DNA of 64,000 bases from Lama guanicoe (taxonomy: Eukaryota), in NCBI GenBank assembly GCA_013239625.1, contig MU053652.1, positions 7,183,902 through 7,247,901 on the forward strand, written 5' to 3'. Positions 50,411-64,000 of this stretch are shown one piece after another. The notes beneath the pieces are model-generated. The model was not told the origin of the DNA. It saw only the letters and a list, made by a program, of their open reading frames with translations, and ran no database searches. The position numbers and the translations under genes are program-made. The stretch's first letter is position 1. Each line of letters begins with the position of its first letter.

Positions 50411-53257
50411 TAGATCTTGTAATTTTCCCCCCAGTTATAGGCCTGGGAACAGGATACTTTGCTTAACACTGTATTTTTGTTTTATTTTCTGTCTGAGAAG
50501 TAAAGTGCATTTCTCCATTCCTACAAATTAATTAGAAATATTGGCATTTTATTTTGCACATTATTAATTATTATTTGATAACCCCAAACTACATTTAGGA
50601 CTATAAATATCTTTTATCAGAATCTAATATTCTTTAACATTAAACATAATTTCAGACTCTGGTGAAACTTCAGTCATGTTTTGAAATTTAATTTAAGGTC
50701 TGTTGTGTTTTGAACTACAAGGTTGAGTATGAAATTTATTAACCTTTATTTTTACCACTTTTCTTAAATGTGAATGCTTACTGTAATGCTCACCAAGAAT
50801 CCAGGATTGTCTTAAGGCTTTCTGTTTATCCAGTGTCAAGCTTAAATGTCAATTTCCAGTTATTCTAGAAAATGTCGTGTGCATCATTAATTCTGCCTTT
50901 ATAGTGATGAATCATTACATATACAGGGGGTATAAACTATGTACTAGAAAATGTTGACATATAAAATAATACACAAGCTGAGATTATAGCATTACTTTTT
51001 TAGAATGCAAATCAGTATAAGGAAAATGTAAACTTCATAAGAGAAGGTGTCATGCCTTGTTTGTTTAATATTCTCACTGAGTAGCAGTACATCTAGCACT
51101 AAGTAGACACTTGATAAATTTTAGATTAATTTATATACTAATTTTTTAAAAATTGGATTGGAAAACAGTAAAGCAAAGACTTAGTAGGGTTTGTTGCTGC
51201 TAAAAAACGAAATGCCAGTGCTGAGGTATTCAGCATGCTCAGGTGGTGGTGGGGATTTCGAAGGTTTAAATTCTAGAGTGGTTTACCCAAGCTGTGTGAG
51301 CTTGGTCATCACCTGTAGTTAGTGTCTGTGGTGATTCTGCTGCTGTATAACATCCACCCGCCCGCCCCACCACTGTCAAGATCCTTATGGTAGTAAGTCT
51401 TGCATGCCTACAAATTCTCATTTATCACTTTATGTATGTATGCAGTATAGATGTTTTTTGCTTTCAAGGAAGCTCTTGCTCTATGGAAAGGTCCTCTTTT
51501 TTCCTTCTTTGTTAATAAAATCTTAACTTCATTAAAGATTTTGAGCACCAGGTGAGTCTCTTTGGCTTACATTTGCTAAAGTCACAGGTAGTACTTCCAA
51601 AAGAGAAAATACAAGCCATGAATGAGAAAGAAGGGAAGAAAACAGGGACTTCAGCATATGATAGTTCAGATGTGCAGTGCACAAGTGTGCACCATTAAGG
51701 AGATGCCATTTTCATTCATATGGAGTCACTTAGATGAAAACACAAATACGCAGAGTTTCAGGCTATCGTGATGCAGCTGGAGGGTGCCCTCTTCTCCATA
51801 ATCTACACCAGCACGTAGAGCCATTCCTTCAGCCCGTCCAGAATTTTGAGCACAGACACACACACACACCCTGGCACACACCTGTTGTCTTGCTCTTTGG
51901 GCAATTCTCTCTCTCTTCCCCCCCTCCCCTTCTCTCCTCCTCCTCTCCCCACCACCTCCCGACTCTCTCCCTCTCTTTGTCATTTTTTGGAAGGCTGGCA
52001 TTTTCCAGGAAAAACAAAACAGTGAGACAGTTTTCAGTATTTTGAAATTGAGGTTAAACCTGATTTTTTTTTAACCAAAACCCCATGTTTTCAGTTGTTC
52101 CATTCTTTAATATCATGTATGTGCTACAAAGACTGGCCTCTGTCAATTCAACTGTTATTATTTATGCCTGCTAAATGTGCTGTTCTGTAGTTTTGTATTA
52201 TATCCCCAGTTTACAAAAGAGGCTCATTGTGAAGCATTCAGAGTGAGAGGAGTAATCAAGAGTTACTGCAACTTAAGCTATAAATATAAGTACTAAATAG
52301 CTCTCTGATATAAATATGAAATGTGCATTTGTGTATTCTATTACAAATAAATCTGTGATACGTGATTTTGCAGAAGCTGTCAGGAAACAAAACATGTAAA
52401 AACACCAAGTTTGATGGTGTATACCTGAATTGGATTTCATTAGACTAATGTTTTGTCTGTCATGAAATTATATGAAACGTAAAACTTTCAGAGCATTTGT
52501 GTTTTGTTCAAAGTACACTCATCGTTAGCCTTAGAATCTAACGTGCTGCTACCTGTCTTTGCATTCAGCTTCTGATTCATCTAATAATGCTTAAAGGACT
52601 TCCTCTCTCAATTTTCTTCTCTGTGAATATTGGCAAAAATTTTTCAGCTCTGAATTCTTAACTAAATTCTTAAAGCTGAAGAAGAAACTCCAAAAATAGT
52701 TTCCAAACTCTGTATCTTCTTAAAAGGTGATGTAACACATTAAGCAATGCAGTGCAACTGGGATGATTCATTTCACTCTTGTATCATTCTTCTAGGCAAA
52801 TCATTCGATTTCCTGTTTAAAAAATAATTTAGTCTTTTTTAGCGTAGATAGGAATAATGATGAAAGAATTAATAGGATAAGGAAATAGAATATTTCAAGA
52901 TAGGAAAATAGATGACTGAGATTCCATGATGTGTCTTAGATGTATAAAAGGGGATGCAATAGAGCCATATGATAATCACAAACAAAAATGTGTTTTATTC
53001 CATTAAAAAATAAGTACAATTTATCTTTAATCTTGGGAAGCCTGCTAAGAAAGAAAAAATTATCATGAAATCACACTCCTTACAAATAGAACTACTGAGA
53101 AAGGAAACTCAAAAACTAAAATTGGGTCCAGTAGATCCTGTATATCAAGAGACAAGGATGTAGTATCTTTTTACTCTTTTTGAAGATGCTTATGAACGTT
53201 TTGTTTTTCAAGTTTTTTATGCTCTCTGAATTATTGTCCCCTCCTCACAGAATCAGG

Positions 53258-53382
53258 TTTCTCTTCCTCTTGCCCTCCATTCTTCTCCCCCCCCAATTCC
53301 TTCCCCCATCCCTCCACTTTTCCTCTCTTCCCCTCCACCTCCTCCCCTCCCCTTCCCAGTATCCCTCCTTCCCTCCCTGCTT
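53258..53382. repeat. Polypyrimidine (CT/CCCT-rich) low-complexity tract
   Basis: ~125 nt almost entirely C/T. Confidence 0.85.
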
Positions 53383-54789
53383 CCATTTTTGTTCTGTGTC
53401 TGGTAATGGTTTACTGTCTTTACATTTACAAATGTAGATATGGTTTATTTTAGATTGCAGACATTTGTTTCCTTTGCTTTGTATATAAGTAGTTTGTTTT
53501 TTCAACTTGCTCTCTTTTTTGAAATGGGAAATCTGACAGAGACAAATAGTACTTATTTAGGGCACCATGACTGAAAATGTCAGTCTAGGGTAGGTGGGAA
53601 GAGAGTCTCTTATCTAGCTGTAGACCTCCTGATGTGATAATGTAGAGGGATTTATTCTGGATGCTAACACCCACATCAGAAGCTTTACCACTTTCTGGTC
53701 TGTCAGTGAAACTTCCTTGGAAAACAGCCTGTGTTCTAGGGAGGGGTGGGTTTATAGACTAAGATACCCTGCCTGCCTACCTGAAGTCATTTTCACGGGG
53801 AGTAGGGATTAGGATGGGTGGTCATTGAAACAGTTGTTCTCTGTTGTAAACTTTTGATTAGCCCTGATTTTCGCTCTGTTTTTCACTTCCACCTTTAATC
53901 CCAGTGGCCCCCATCTTTGCTGTAGCCACTTTATGGTATCTTCTAGATGCAGCCTCCTCTGCTCATTTTGTCCCTTAACCATTTACTTTCCCAGCTTCCT
54001 GAACTACATTAATATCTTCTCACCCTCTCCTTCACTCCCCTCTTCTGTCTTCTGCCTTCACTGTTCTGGGTTTATCCTTTTCTATCTCTAAATTGTCATT
54101 GTTATGGTCCTAGGAAGGAAGGAAGTCAACAAATTTTCTCAAGTCTGCAGTTTTCTGAAACATGTATATTAAAAGGTAGCATCTATTATAGTTTTTGCTG
54201 CTACCACTGTTTGAAGTTACTGTTTTCATGGCAACCCAACTATCATTAAATTTGGTGGTGGGTTTTTTTTTTAACCAGTTTAAGTTGTATAAAATACTTC
54301 TTTTGTTCTAATGTGTAACCTTTATAGACAACTAGCAAATCATCATTTTCCCTTTTAGTTTGTTATTATTATATAGTTTTCTATGAATTGTTTTTTTGAA
54401 TTTTATATTTACTGTAAAATCCTGGGTTTTATAACCAATTTTCATAGGCTCTTTTTGCAATGTATTAACTCTTTATCACATTTGCTGCAAATGTCTTCTA
54501 GTCTTTTGTTGTCATTCTCAAGTTAATTATGTTTATTTTGTAAATTGTTATTGAATATGTTTCTCTGCCTTATGATTCCTCAACTTTGAGTAATAAGTTA
54601 TTACACCTCCAGACAATTTATATTAAGTAACATTTTTATTTTTGTTTGATTAAACTTTCTAAAATTAATTTCTTTAGAACACCTGTGCAAAATAATTTGA
54701 CAGTGATTTTTGAGAAATAAAATTTCTTTGTTTTGATCCTATTCTTAGATTTCATTAGAGGGAAGAATAGAGTTTGTTTGATGTTTTGA

Positions 54790-54996
<207 letters not shown>

Positions 54997-55668
54997 TAAT
55001 TCATACTGTCTAGAATTTATGTTTGTATGAAGAGAGCTCTGTATTGTTCACTAAAACTAGTTATCACTAATTCTGTGGTTGCTTTGTTAGAACACGACAT
55101 CAGGCATTTCAAGAGATAAGAGGAAATGTAAGCAGTATCAGACTTCAAATGATTCATATTAGAACAAACTACCTTACCTTCTTCCACAGAAATGTGTTAG
55201 ATGCCATGACTTAGGCTATTTGCATTCTGCAAGAAAACATTTAATAGGAAGGTGGAACATATAAGATAGTATGTGATTTTTTAAAAATCAGTTTTTCTAT
55301 ACTGTAGTGTTTTCAGTCTTGATTTTAAACATTTCGGTCCCTTCATATTTTGCTCTTGTTACATAGGTTTCCATGCAACCTCGTCACTATCTTTTCTGTC
55401 TTTTCTTCTGTTGCTTTAGTTCATCTGTGGCCCTCACAGTCACTGATGCTCATAATTGAGTGTGGTGTCCAGGTGTGCTCTAGTCTTAGATATGGTGGGA
55501 ATTACCTCGCTCGCTCTATTAGTGCCTTTTCCCTTAGAGTTAAAGAATGGTGGAGAACATTTTCTGAAAAGAGAAATAGAAATATTATCATTGTGGCACT
55601 ATATTACAGGCTTATCCAAACTTAAAAAAAAATAGTTTATTTCTCACACACTGCTGTTTCCTATAGTA

Positions 55669-55883
55669 CAGTTGACCCTTGAACAACATGGGTTTGAACT
55701 GCACGGGGCCACTTACATGCAAATTCTTCTCAATAGCAAACACTACAGTATTGCAGGATCCCACAGTTAGGTGAATCCAAAGATGTGACACTGAGGATAC
55801 AGAGGGCCCACCATAAGTTTTAAGGGGATTTTCAGCTGTGTGGATGGTGGTTGCTCCCAATCCCAGTGTTCAAGGGCCAGCTG
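55669..55883. mobile_element. Tigger2-family MITE (215 bp)
   Basis: TIRs CAGTTGACCCTTGAACA / TGTTCAAGGGCCAGCTG, flanked by TA on both sides. Confidence 0.9.
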
Positions 55884-56089
55884 TATTTGTAGTAGTCATT
55901 CTTGCTGTTGTTTATTTTAAGTAGAATATACATCTCTCTTCTCACAGTATTAGCATGTTCATGTAACTAGAACTCTAGAAACTCCCTTTGTATCCCGACT
56001 CGGAATTGTCAGTACTTTTTATGTCCTGAAACTCTTTGTCTACTCCAGTTTATGAATATAGCTAAGTTTTCCTTTAAGCCATTTATTAT

Positions 56090-56860
56090 TTTCCTGTTTT
56101 ATATTTAGAGCTGTAATTTTCTTTTCTTGTAATGTCCTTGACAGATTTTGAAATTAAAACTATGCTGCCTCATAAAAACTGGAAGGGTGCCCTCTTTTTT
56201 GATTCTGGAAGAGTTTATGCAAGCTTAGTGGTTTTTTCTTACTTAAATGCTTGGGGCATTGCACTGATAAAGCTATCTGAGCCTGGTGGTTTCTTTATTG
56301 TAGGTTTTATTAATGAATTTACATTTCTTTAAGAGGAATGAGATTACTCAAATTTTCTCTTATGTTTAATTTACGATATATTTAATTTTTAGAAAAGTTT
56401 GCCTGTTACATCCAAATTGTCAAATTTATTGATATAAAGTTGGTCATAATGTTACTTATCTTTTAGATGTTTGTGGGATTTGTATTGGTAAGTCCTTTTT
56501 TTCAGGCTTGATACTATACTTTATGTTTCTTCTCATTTTTTCCAGATTGATCTTTCTAGGCTTATTATTTTTATTAGTCTCCTCAAAGAATCAGCTTCTC
56601 ACTTTGATTTTCTCTATTGTATGTTTCTGTTTTTCTTACCTTGATTATGTTTTACTTCTGCTTTCCTGGGGTTTGAGATAATATTCCTTGTGCAGCTTCT
56701 TGTGATAGAAGCCTAAATTTCTGATTTCCAACCTTTCTTCTTTTGTAAGATGCTCAGTTATGCCTAGAAAGTTTTCTCTTTGTGATACTTTAGTTACGTC
56801 CAATACGTTTAAACACATCGCAACTTAAGTATCCTTCAGTTCAATATATTTTCTAATTTC
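56090..56860 (-). mobile_element. Old L1M ORF2 fragment (antisense), followed by a short sense EN-like piece (~56890-57005)
   Basis: 'tgattctggaagagtttat...gcactgataaagctatctgagcctggtgg...tcaaagaatcagctt...tagaaagttttctctttgtgatactttag'. Confidence 0.6.
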
Positions 56861-57475
56861 TAATAAATACATAAATACAGTTATTAATGAGACAGTATTA
56901 CAAGAGATTAAAAAGGACATTTTGTAAGTCCAAAGGGTTGCTTTATGAAGATGTATCAGTCATAAATGCACGTGAATCTAATAACTGAGCCTCAAAATTC
57001 AGAAAGCCAGTATCTTTAGGGCACGTCTTAGCTCTGTCGGACTGATGAAACTTTAGTCTCAGCAGCATTTTATTCACTTAAAACTCTTGTATTTATGTGT
57101 ACTAGTTTTCCCTATAACATTCACAAGTAACTTACTTATTATCCTGTTTCCTTGTGTAAATTATACCTTAATAGTAAAACTAAAAAATGTTTTGTTAGTA
57201 AAAGTACAAGCTTGATAGTATTAGGGAGTCTACCGCATACCTCTTTAAAAAATAAGAATAAATTTTGCATAGTGTTTTACAGTTTACATGATGCTTGTGG
57301 ATCTTCATGTGTCCAGTAGATTTTATAATTTCATATACTTATTAAATCAAATATTTAAATAATTATGTCCTCTATTAACTATGCTGGCAAGATTTTATAA
57401 TCTCTCAAGTATCTCCAGTTCCTAGATTCTGTTCTGTTTGTTTCTGTTTTGTTTTGTACTTTGCCACTTTCTTAG

Positions 57476-57787
<312 letters not shown>

Positions 57788-59347
57788 TAATTGTATATGT
57801 TAGTACCACCTACTTGTCTTTAAAGAGCTTGTATTTCACCATTCTAATGGAATAAATATGCCTACTGTGTGTTAGGAACTTAAAAAGTAACAGACCATTT
57901 TTGATGAGCCTGTATCTTCATGCAGCTTTACTCCTGAACTTCTCTTTTTTATTGTATGCTTCCAGAGAAAAATAGTATTACCAGATCTGTGTTTTAAATA
58001 CAGTATAATTTATGCTGTATTTATTTATGTATTTATTTTAGTACTAATAAAATATGGAGTTCTTTTCTGTTGCTCTTTTTTAGTTGCAGTTCTACCCATG
58101 CATATTTCTGTTTCCCTGTCAAGGTATAGCCTTTTCACTCATTTGTACTTTTTGGCTCATTGGTGTTAGGTTCTCTTCCCATGTCTTTCCATTGCTTCAT
58201 GGGCAGATCATGGGTCGTTTGAAGTGTTTATTGTTTTTAATATTTTGTTTTGTTTTTAAGTCTACAGGATTAAGAAAAAAAAGGTAACATAAGACCCATC
58301 TAATCTTCGTTTACACCTATCCCAATTTACTCATGAGTGGCTTCTGGAGAAGACAGTTGTCTAATGCTGTCCTCACCCACCCAGCCTAGGCAGGATCCGT
58401 TTAAACAAACACTGCTTCAGCCCTGCCCCTGCAGTTATTTCTTTAGCTTTTGACTCTTTGAAACAATAAAACAGGGAATGAAGGACAGTGGCCCTTGGTT
58501 TACAGTTTAGCATTACCAGTTTCACCTTGCCCATATTAAGGAATATTGAAGATAGAAATCATTGAATATGAAGCTTTTGACGTTGAAAATAGCACATGTT
58601 TATTTACAGGTGAAATACTCTCAAAAAGTAAATGCATGCTGTAAAGAAAGTTAAATAAGTCAGGTATGACAAAGCTGAAGCTACAGCATAAAATCATCCA
58701 AACAAAATAAGAAGGAATCTCAGGTCAGCCAGTCATACTTTATGCCCAGAGTGACATCAAGCAAATAAGCATTTGGTAATCATTGAACACATCCAGTGAC
58801 AAGGAATCTGCTGTGCAGAGGAGTATTCTCCATCTTTTGGCTGCTGTGTTGTTAGAGCATTCTTAAATTCTGAGTTTAAAGCCTGCCATCTTTTAGCTGA
58901 CATGACTGAATCTACATTTTCTCTCTAAAGCAACAAAACATGCCTTCATTCTATTTTTATAGATAGCCTTTTTCGGTTAAATAAAAACAGCTTTCATGTA
59001 GATGTTATTTTTAAAATACTGCATTTAGAAATGAATGTAAGAAATTACGTTAGTAAGATATTCTTGAGGACAATTTGAAATAAATCTGACCTGAGATTCC
59101 TTCTTCGTTTGGATGATTTTATGCTTTAGCTTCAGCTTTGTCCTACCTGACTTACCTAACTTTTTTTATAGCATGCATTTACTTTTTCAGAATATTTCAC
59201 CTGTAAATAAACATGTGCTGTTTTCAACTTTTTAACTCAATAATTCTATTTTCATGAATTTATTTTACAGTAACTTAAAATGTGGGAAAATGCCTTTAAA
59301 AGACTATTTATCCTTCTATTTCTTACAGTAACAATAATCAGACAAGT

Positions 59348-59439
59348 GGGGTGGGTATAGCTCAGTGGTAGAACACATGCCTAGCATAGACAAGTGCCCT
59401 GGGTTCAATCCCCAGTACCTCCATTAAAAAAAAAAAAAA
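59348..59439 (+). mobile_element. tRNA-derived SINE (camelid Vic-1-like)
   Basis: A box TAGCTCAGTGG (59358-59368); B box GGTTCAATCC (59402-59411); ends CCA-TT-polyA; imperfect TSD AATCAGACAA / AATCAGGCAA. Confidence 0.85.
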
Positions 59440-61042
59440 TCAGGCAAAACTCAGGTACTAACAATAGAAAAATTTGTGAAGTATTTATGTATTATAGATA
59501 CTATGTGACTATAGAATGACATTGTAGACACGTACTTCCTGATATAGAAATTTGTGTTCTTCTGTTTCGTAATTAATGCAGCTTCATTTATATATTAAAA
59601 ATGTATTATATGCATAGCAAAAAATATATTGAGAGGAATATATAGCAGTGCTTTAGCCATATATTCTCTGGAAAGTCAAGTTGTCAACAGATACTGGCAA
59701 TAGGAATCTAACTGGCTGATTTGTAAAACAAATTCCAAAATTGTTTATTTGCTTGTAAACAGGTGGAAATCTTTGGCAGCCAGAGCTGGTAGAAAGTTTG
59801 TATACCTAGTCTGTAAGATGGTTTGGAGATCAAAAAAAAACAAAACATAAACTAGAAAATCACCATATTTTTAACAGACTGTTCTGATTTTTACAACTTA
59901 ATTATTTGTATAGAAATAGCAGAGGAATGCTATATAATTAATCTAACAATAAGGCTTAATCTCATAAAAAATCCAATTAATGCCCAAGAAATACATCACT
60001 ATTATCTTAATTTTTTAAAATATCCATAATATTACTATGCCTATTTATATACAAAAGACCCTATTTTAAAGTGTAGGAGTTTTTGTCAAGACCTTTTTTT
60101 TTTTATTGTTTATAACAGTTGACTCAAGAGTTAGAAATCAGTTTAAAACACTTTTACAAATCAGCCAGTTAGATTCCTTTTGCCAGTATTGTTAACACAT
60201 TATGATATAACTGTTGGTTTAAAATTTAAAACTTATTTTATTGGTAATTGTGTATTTTTCAAACTCAAATGTAATAGAACTCACTATGAGGATATTTGTA
60301 ATTCAACAACAACAAAAAATTTGACTCTTAAAATAATAATTTTACCATAACAAAATTACTGCAAATATTTATTCTCAAAAAAGAGACGTTAAAGAACACA
60401 TTGTTTTGATTAGAATCAGTAAAAGTATGTAAATTCAAACATCGGTTACAAACCCAAACCAAATATTCAGGTGTTAAAAAAGACACTATCTCACCAGAAA
60501 CTGTTCTTTCAAAGAGAAATTAATTATAATTATAGGTTATTGAGAATATAATGTTAGTAAGGGTAAAGAGATATATTCAAAAACAAAATTCAGAGCCTTA
60601 ATGTAAGTATTCATGAACAAAGAAAGAAAAAAAAACATAGCATATCAGAATGAGCTCTCCACTCAAGAAGTTGAAAAAGTAACAAACAAAACTATAGAAA
60701 GTAGGAGGTAATATTTAATAAGGTATTTAATTTTTGGATAGGTAATCTTAACATTGTCCAAAAATTTAAAAGATACTTTGAAATGCTATGTAGTGAAAAG
60801 TTTCTCACCTCAACTTCCTGTCTTGTCCCCATCTTGTTGGTCTCTCCATCTCAACATCTCTCACTGAAGCAAATTTCTTGAGTATCTTGTCAGACCTATT
60901 TTAGTTCATATACAGTACATATTCTTTTGTCTCTTCTTGTGTACACATGATAGCATATTACATACATTACTCTGCAGTTGCTTGTTTTTACTTAATTTTA
61001 TCATAGAGATTTTTCTACAACACCACCTAAAAAGTTCCTCAC

Positions 61043-61465
61043 ATGTTTCCTAGGGCTGCCATCACAAATTACCACAAACTGGGTGGCTTCAAATAACATA
61101 AATGTATTCTTCTCACTTCTGAAAGCTCACAGTTAATCAAGGTGTTGTCAGGACCATGCTCCCTCCAAAGCTTCTCAGGAAGAATCCTTCCTTCCCTCCT
61201 CCTAGCTTCTGGTGGTTGTTGGCAATCCTTGGCATTCTTTGGCTTACCCGGTGCATCACTTCAGTCCCTGTTGTCAAATGACCTTCTTCTCTTTGTGTCT
61301 TTAAGTCCAAATTTTCCTCTTGTGAGGACACCAGTTGTGTTGGATTCAGGGCGCATCATAATCCACTGTAACCCCATCTTAACTAATAACATCTGCAGAG
61401 ACACTGTTTCCAATGCATTCACAAGTTCCAGATGGTCTTGAATTAGGAGGGGAACACTGCTCAGC
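61043..61465 (-). mobile_element. MLT1 (MaLR) solo LTR inserted in old L1 sequence
   Basis: 'tttcctagggctgccatcacaaattaccacaaactgggtggcttc...ctagcttctggtggttgttggcaatccttggc...tgaggacaccagtt...atctgcagagacactgtttccaa'. Confidence 0.85.
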
Positions 61466-62639
61466 TGTTTTTTTTTTTTTTGTCATATGGAGGTGTAGCA
61501 TAGTTTACTGTATCTTGCATCTTGTTCTTGCATTTAGAAGATTGACTTAAACATTCGTCATTTCACATATGTGCTCATAGAGCTGTGAAGATAAATTGCT
61601 ACAAATAGAGTTGCTGATTCGAGTATGTGCATTTGAAATTTTGATAGCTCTTGCTAAATTACCCTCCATGGAGGTTAATGCTTCTTTAAACAGCTCCTAG
61701 CCATGTATGAAAGTATCTGTTTCCTAACAGTAAGGTATGTAGGAATTTATATACTTAATGGTTTTTTTAAAAAGTAGAAAAAGATAGACTTGATAAATAA
61801 GTTCAAAGGTTTAAAAAACAAAGTTTTATTCTGATTTTTAAAAAGACAAGAAAAATTTTTCTGAATTAGGAATGATACAGAGATATATTTACATATGTGG
61901 GGGATATATATATTATAACCCAGCACAGTTTGATTTTACAAATAGCTTAATTTCAGGAAAATTCAGAATAGCTTAATTTCAGGAAAATTCTAGTCATCTC
62001 CACTAATATTAAAAATTATGTAGTCATTTCCATGGATGTTAAAAATATTTATGAAAATGTTTAGCAAAACAAAATTAGAAGTATGCCTCCTTAACATAGT
62101 AAACAATTTCTATTGTAAGGTACACAAACAAATATTTAGTGTTGGAATTCTGGAGTCAGTAATGCCAGGAACAAGAAAAAAATATTTCTACTATTTTCTC
62201 TGTTATATAATGTTGTTCAGGAAATTCACTAAAATAAGGAAAAGAAGTGAGAGATTTAACTCTTTTAAAAGAAAGATAAACATCAGTACTCATCACATAC
62301 AAAAGCCCCAACGATTAACTAAAAAGCCATTTGGATTAATAAAATTATTCAATGAGTGATATAACTGGTTTAAAATGTTAGTTAAATACAGCTTTTTTAC
62401 ATGTCATGAATAAATAGAATATATAATTGAACAAAAGATCTTTCAAAGTCTTGATGAATGTAAAACAAGATTTCATGTGAGAAATACCTGAACTTCCTTT
62501 TCCAGCACCTGTGATTGTCATTCATGTTCATAACATCTAACATAAACAAAGTACCGATATCTGTACTTTCAAAGGCCTTTTCCAAATCAGAACAAAGTAG
62601 AAGAATATGCAAAGGTTAGATTAGTTCCCTAAAAGCTAG

Positions 62640-63060
62640 GAATTTGTATTTAAGAAAATTAGCAAAGGTACTTATAAAGGTTTATATACAAGATGGTAAT
62701 TACTAAGTTATTTAAAATAGCAAAAAATTTGAAACAACTTAAATGGCCAATAAAGGGATTGGTTTAATAAATTTGTGTGCATCTATGCCATAAAATAATG
62801 TGAAGCCATTGAAAATTCTATTTTAGAAGAATATTTAAATTGCCTGAAAAAGTGTCCAAAAATGAGAAATTCAAAGCACAATATAATGCCAGTTTGGTGA
62901 AAAAAAAAAAGACATGTATTATACACACACAGAAGAAAAAAGATAAAAGTAAATTCAACAATATGTTAATATTTTTCTAAACTCATAGCAGTTTGAATTT
63001 TTTTCCTTATAATTTTATTCATTACCTATACATACATAGTCCTTTTGTAATCAGGAAAGA
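62640..63060 (+). mobile_element. Old L1ME-like 3' end
   Basis: 'atagcaaaaaatttgaaacaacttaaatggccaataaagggattggtttaataaatttgtg...ttttgtaatcaggaaag'. Confidence 0.6.
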
Positions 63061-63199
63061 ATATACATCATATTTAAAGGTTACCAGATATTTGGGGAAT
63101 ACATTTAAGTACTTTTAAGTTACATTACCAGCAAATAAAACTCTTTTAGCCTCCCTGGTTTCACAAAAAGATCCTAAACTTTGCTCTACCCTCTTGCAG

Positions 63200-63355
63200 G
63201 TATGGGATGGCACCAGGACCCCATTCCCATCTTGGAGAGTCTTAATACAAGACTTTGTTCTTGAAGGTGATTTAAGTCACATCCAACGGCTGCAGAATCT
63301 GACAATAGACATTTTAGTCTATGATAACCATGTTCCAGTGGCCAAATCTCTGAAG
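63200..63355 (+). CDS. POT1: POT1 exon 9 (156 nt; [52 protein letters not shown]; aa 183-234), OB2; gene continues past the window
   Basis: ccctcttgCAG|G acceptor; AAG|GTAATG donor; hallmark KVWDGT and IDILVYDNH motifs. Confidence 0.98.
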
Positions 63356-64000
63356 GTAATGTTGAGTAGCAAGCATGTTTGCTTTCTTGTATTTTATAAA
63401 TTTTAGAGTAAATCACATGTGAGATAATATTTGAGATCTAGAAATTAAATCCAAATTTATTTTGTCTTTAACTTTTAATTTGTAAAGTGTGTATTTAAAA
63501 TAAATTATTAGAAGATATATTAGATTATAATGGCTTGAACAGCTTTTTTAAATTAAAGAATATCTTCTCCTGAATATCTTAAAAGCTGTGCCCAATTTTA
63601 TTATGGAAGTAAGGAAGAAAAATTTGATTCTATAAGATACACTTTTTTAAAATGACATAGGATGCATACAATATTTGTAAACTTAAATGATAAGTTTTGT
63701 TAATTGGGTTTGATAAAATCCAGTCTGTAACTTTGTACTGATTAGTTTAAGAAATTGTTAATCCACTTCTGAAATACCTTACAAATTATGTGTCTGTGTG
63801 TGTAACCATACAGTTTATTAGAATTTGCCCACTCTTTTTTGAGATAGTGTTCTAGCTAAAAGCACACTGTTTAGTCACAGCATTTCTTGCTTATTAATAA
63901 CATTTTAAGCAATTTTTTTCATTTTCCTATATCTTATATTAGCAAGTGTTTTTCTAGCAAAGAATGGTATCATTAATCATAATGATGATAATAATAACAT

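Noticed and set aside
59348..59423. Functional tRNA gene
   Set aside because: Has A and B boxes but disrupted stems, a poly-A tail and TSDs, so it is a SINE.

Overview
Mammalian, AT-rich, repeat-dense genomic DNA. The tRNA-derived SINE and the L1 3' tails suggest a camelid (inference). The window holds the 5' half of POT1 (Protection of Telomeres 1) on the + strand: a CpG-island promoter (~10.4-11.0 kb), four non-coding 5' exons, and five coding exons (29673-29681, 30452-30566, 54863-54993, 57476-57766, 63200-63355). These join in frame to give residues 1-234 (OB1 and part of OB2), and the gene continues past the window. Upstream lie a U1 snRNA retropseudogene and two solo ERV LTRs; the introns carry L1, L2, MIR, hAT, Tigger and MaLR remnants. 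The most striking observation is a young, TSD-flanked L1 3' tail in intron 6 (39848-40070). It differs from a sibling copy 14 kb away (25614-25827, opposite strand) by 41 A>G changes, 0 G>A, 4 other substitutions and no indels over 214 nt, with an ADAR-like neighbour bias. This looks like an A-to-I hyper-edited RNA written back into the germline genome. The edits created new splice donors, CpGs and an ORF, and the two copies form an inverted pair around the POT1 start-codon exons. Second, the 5' leader exons encode either an 85-aa spliced uORF or, if the 73-nt exon 3 is skipped, a 92-aa in-frame N-terminal extension of POT1. All alignments and counts were done by hand; repeat family names come from recalled consensus features, not a database search.
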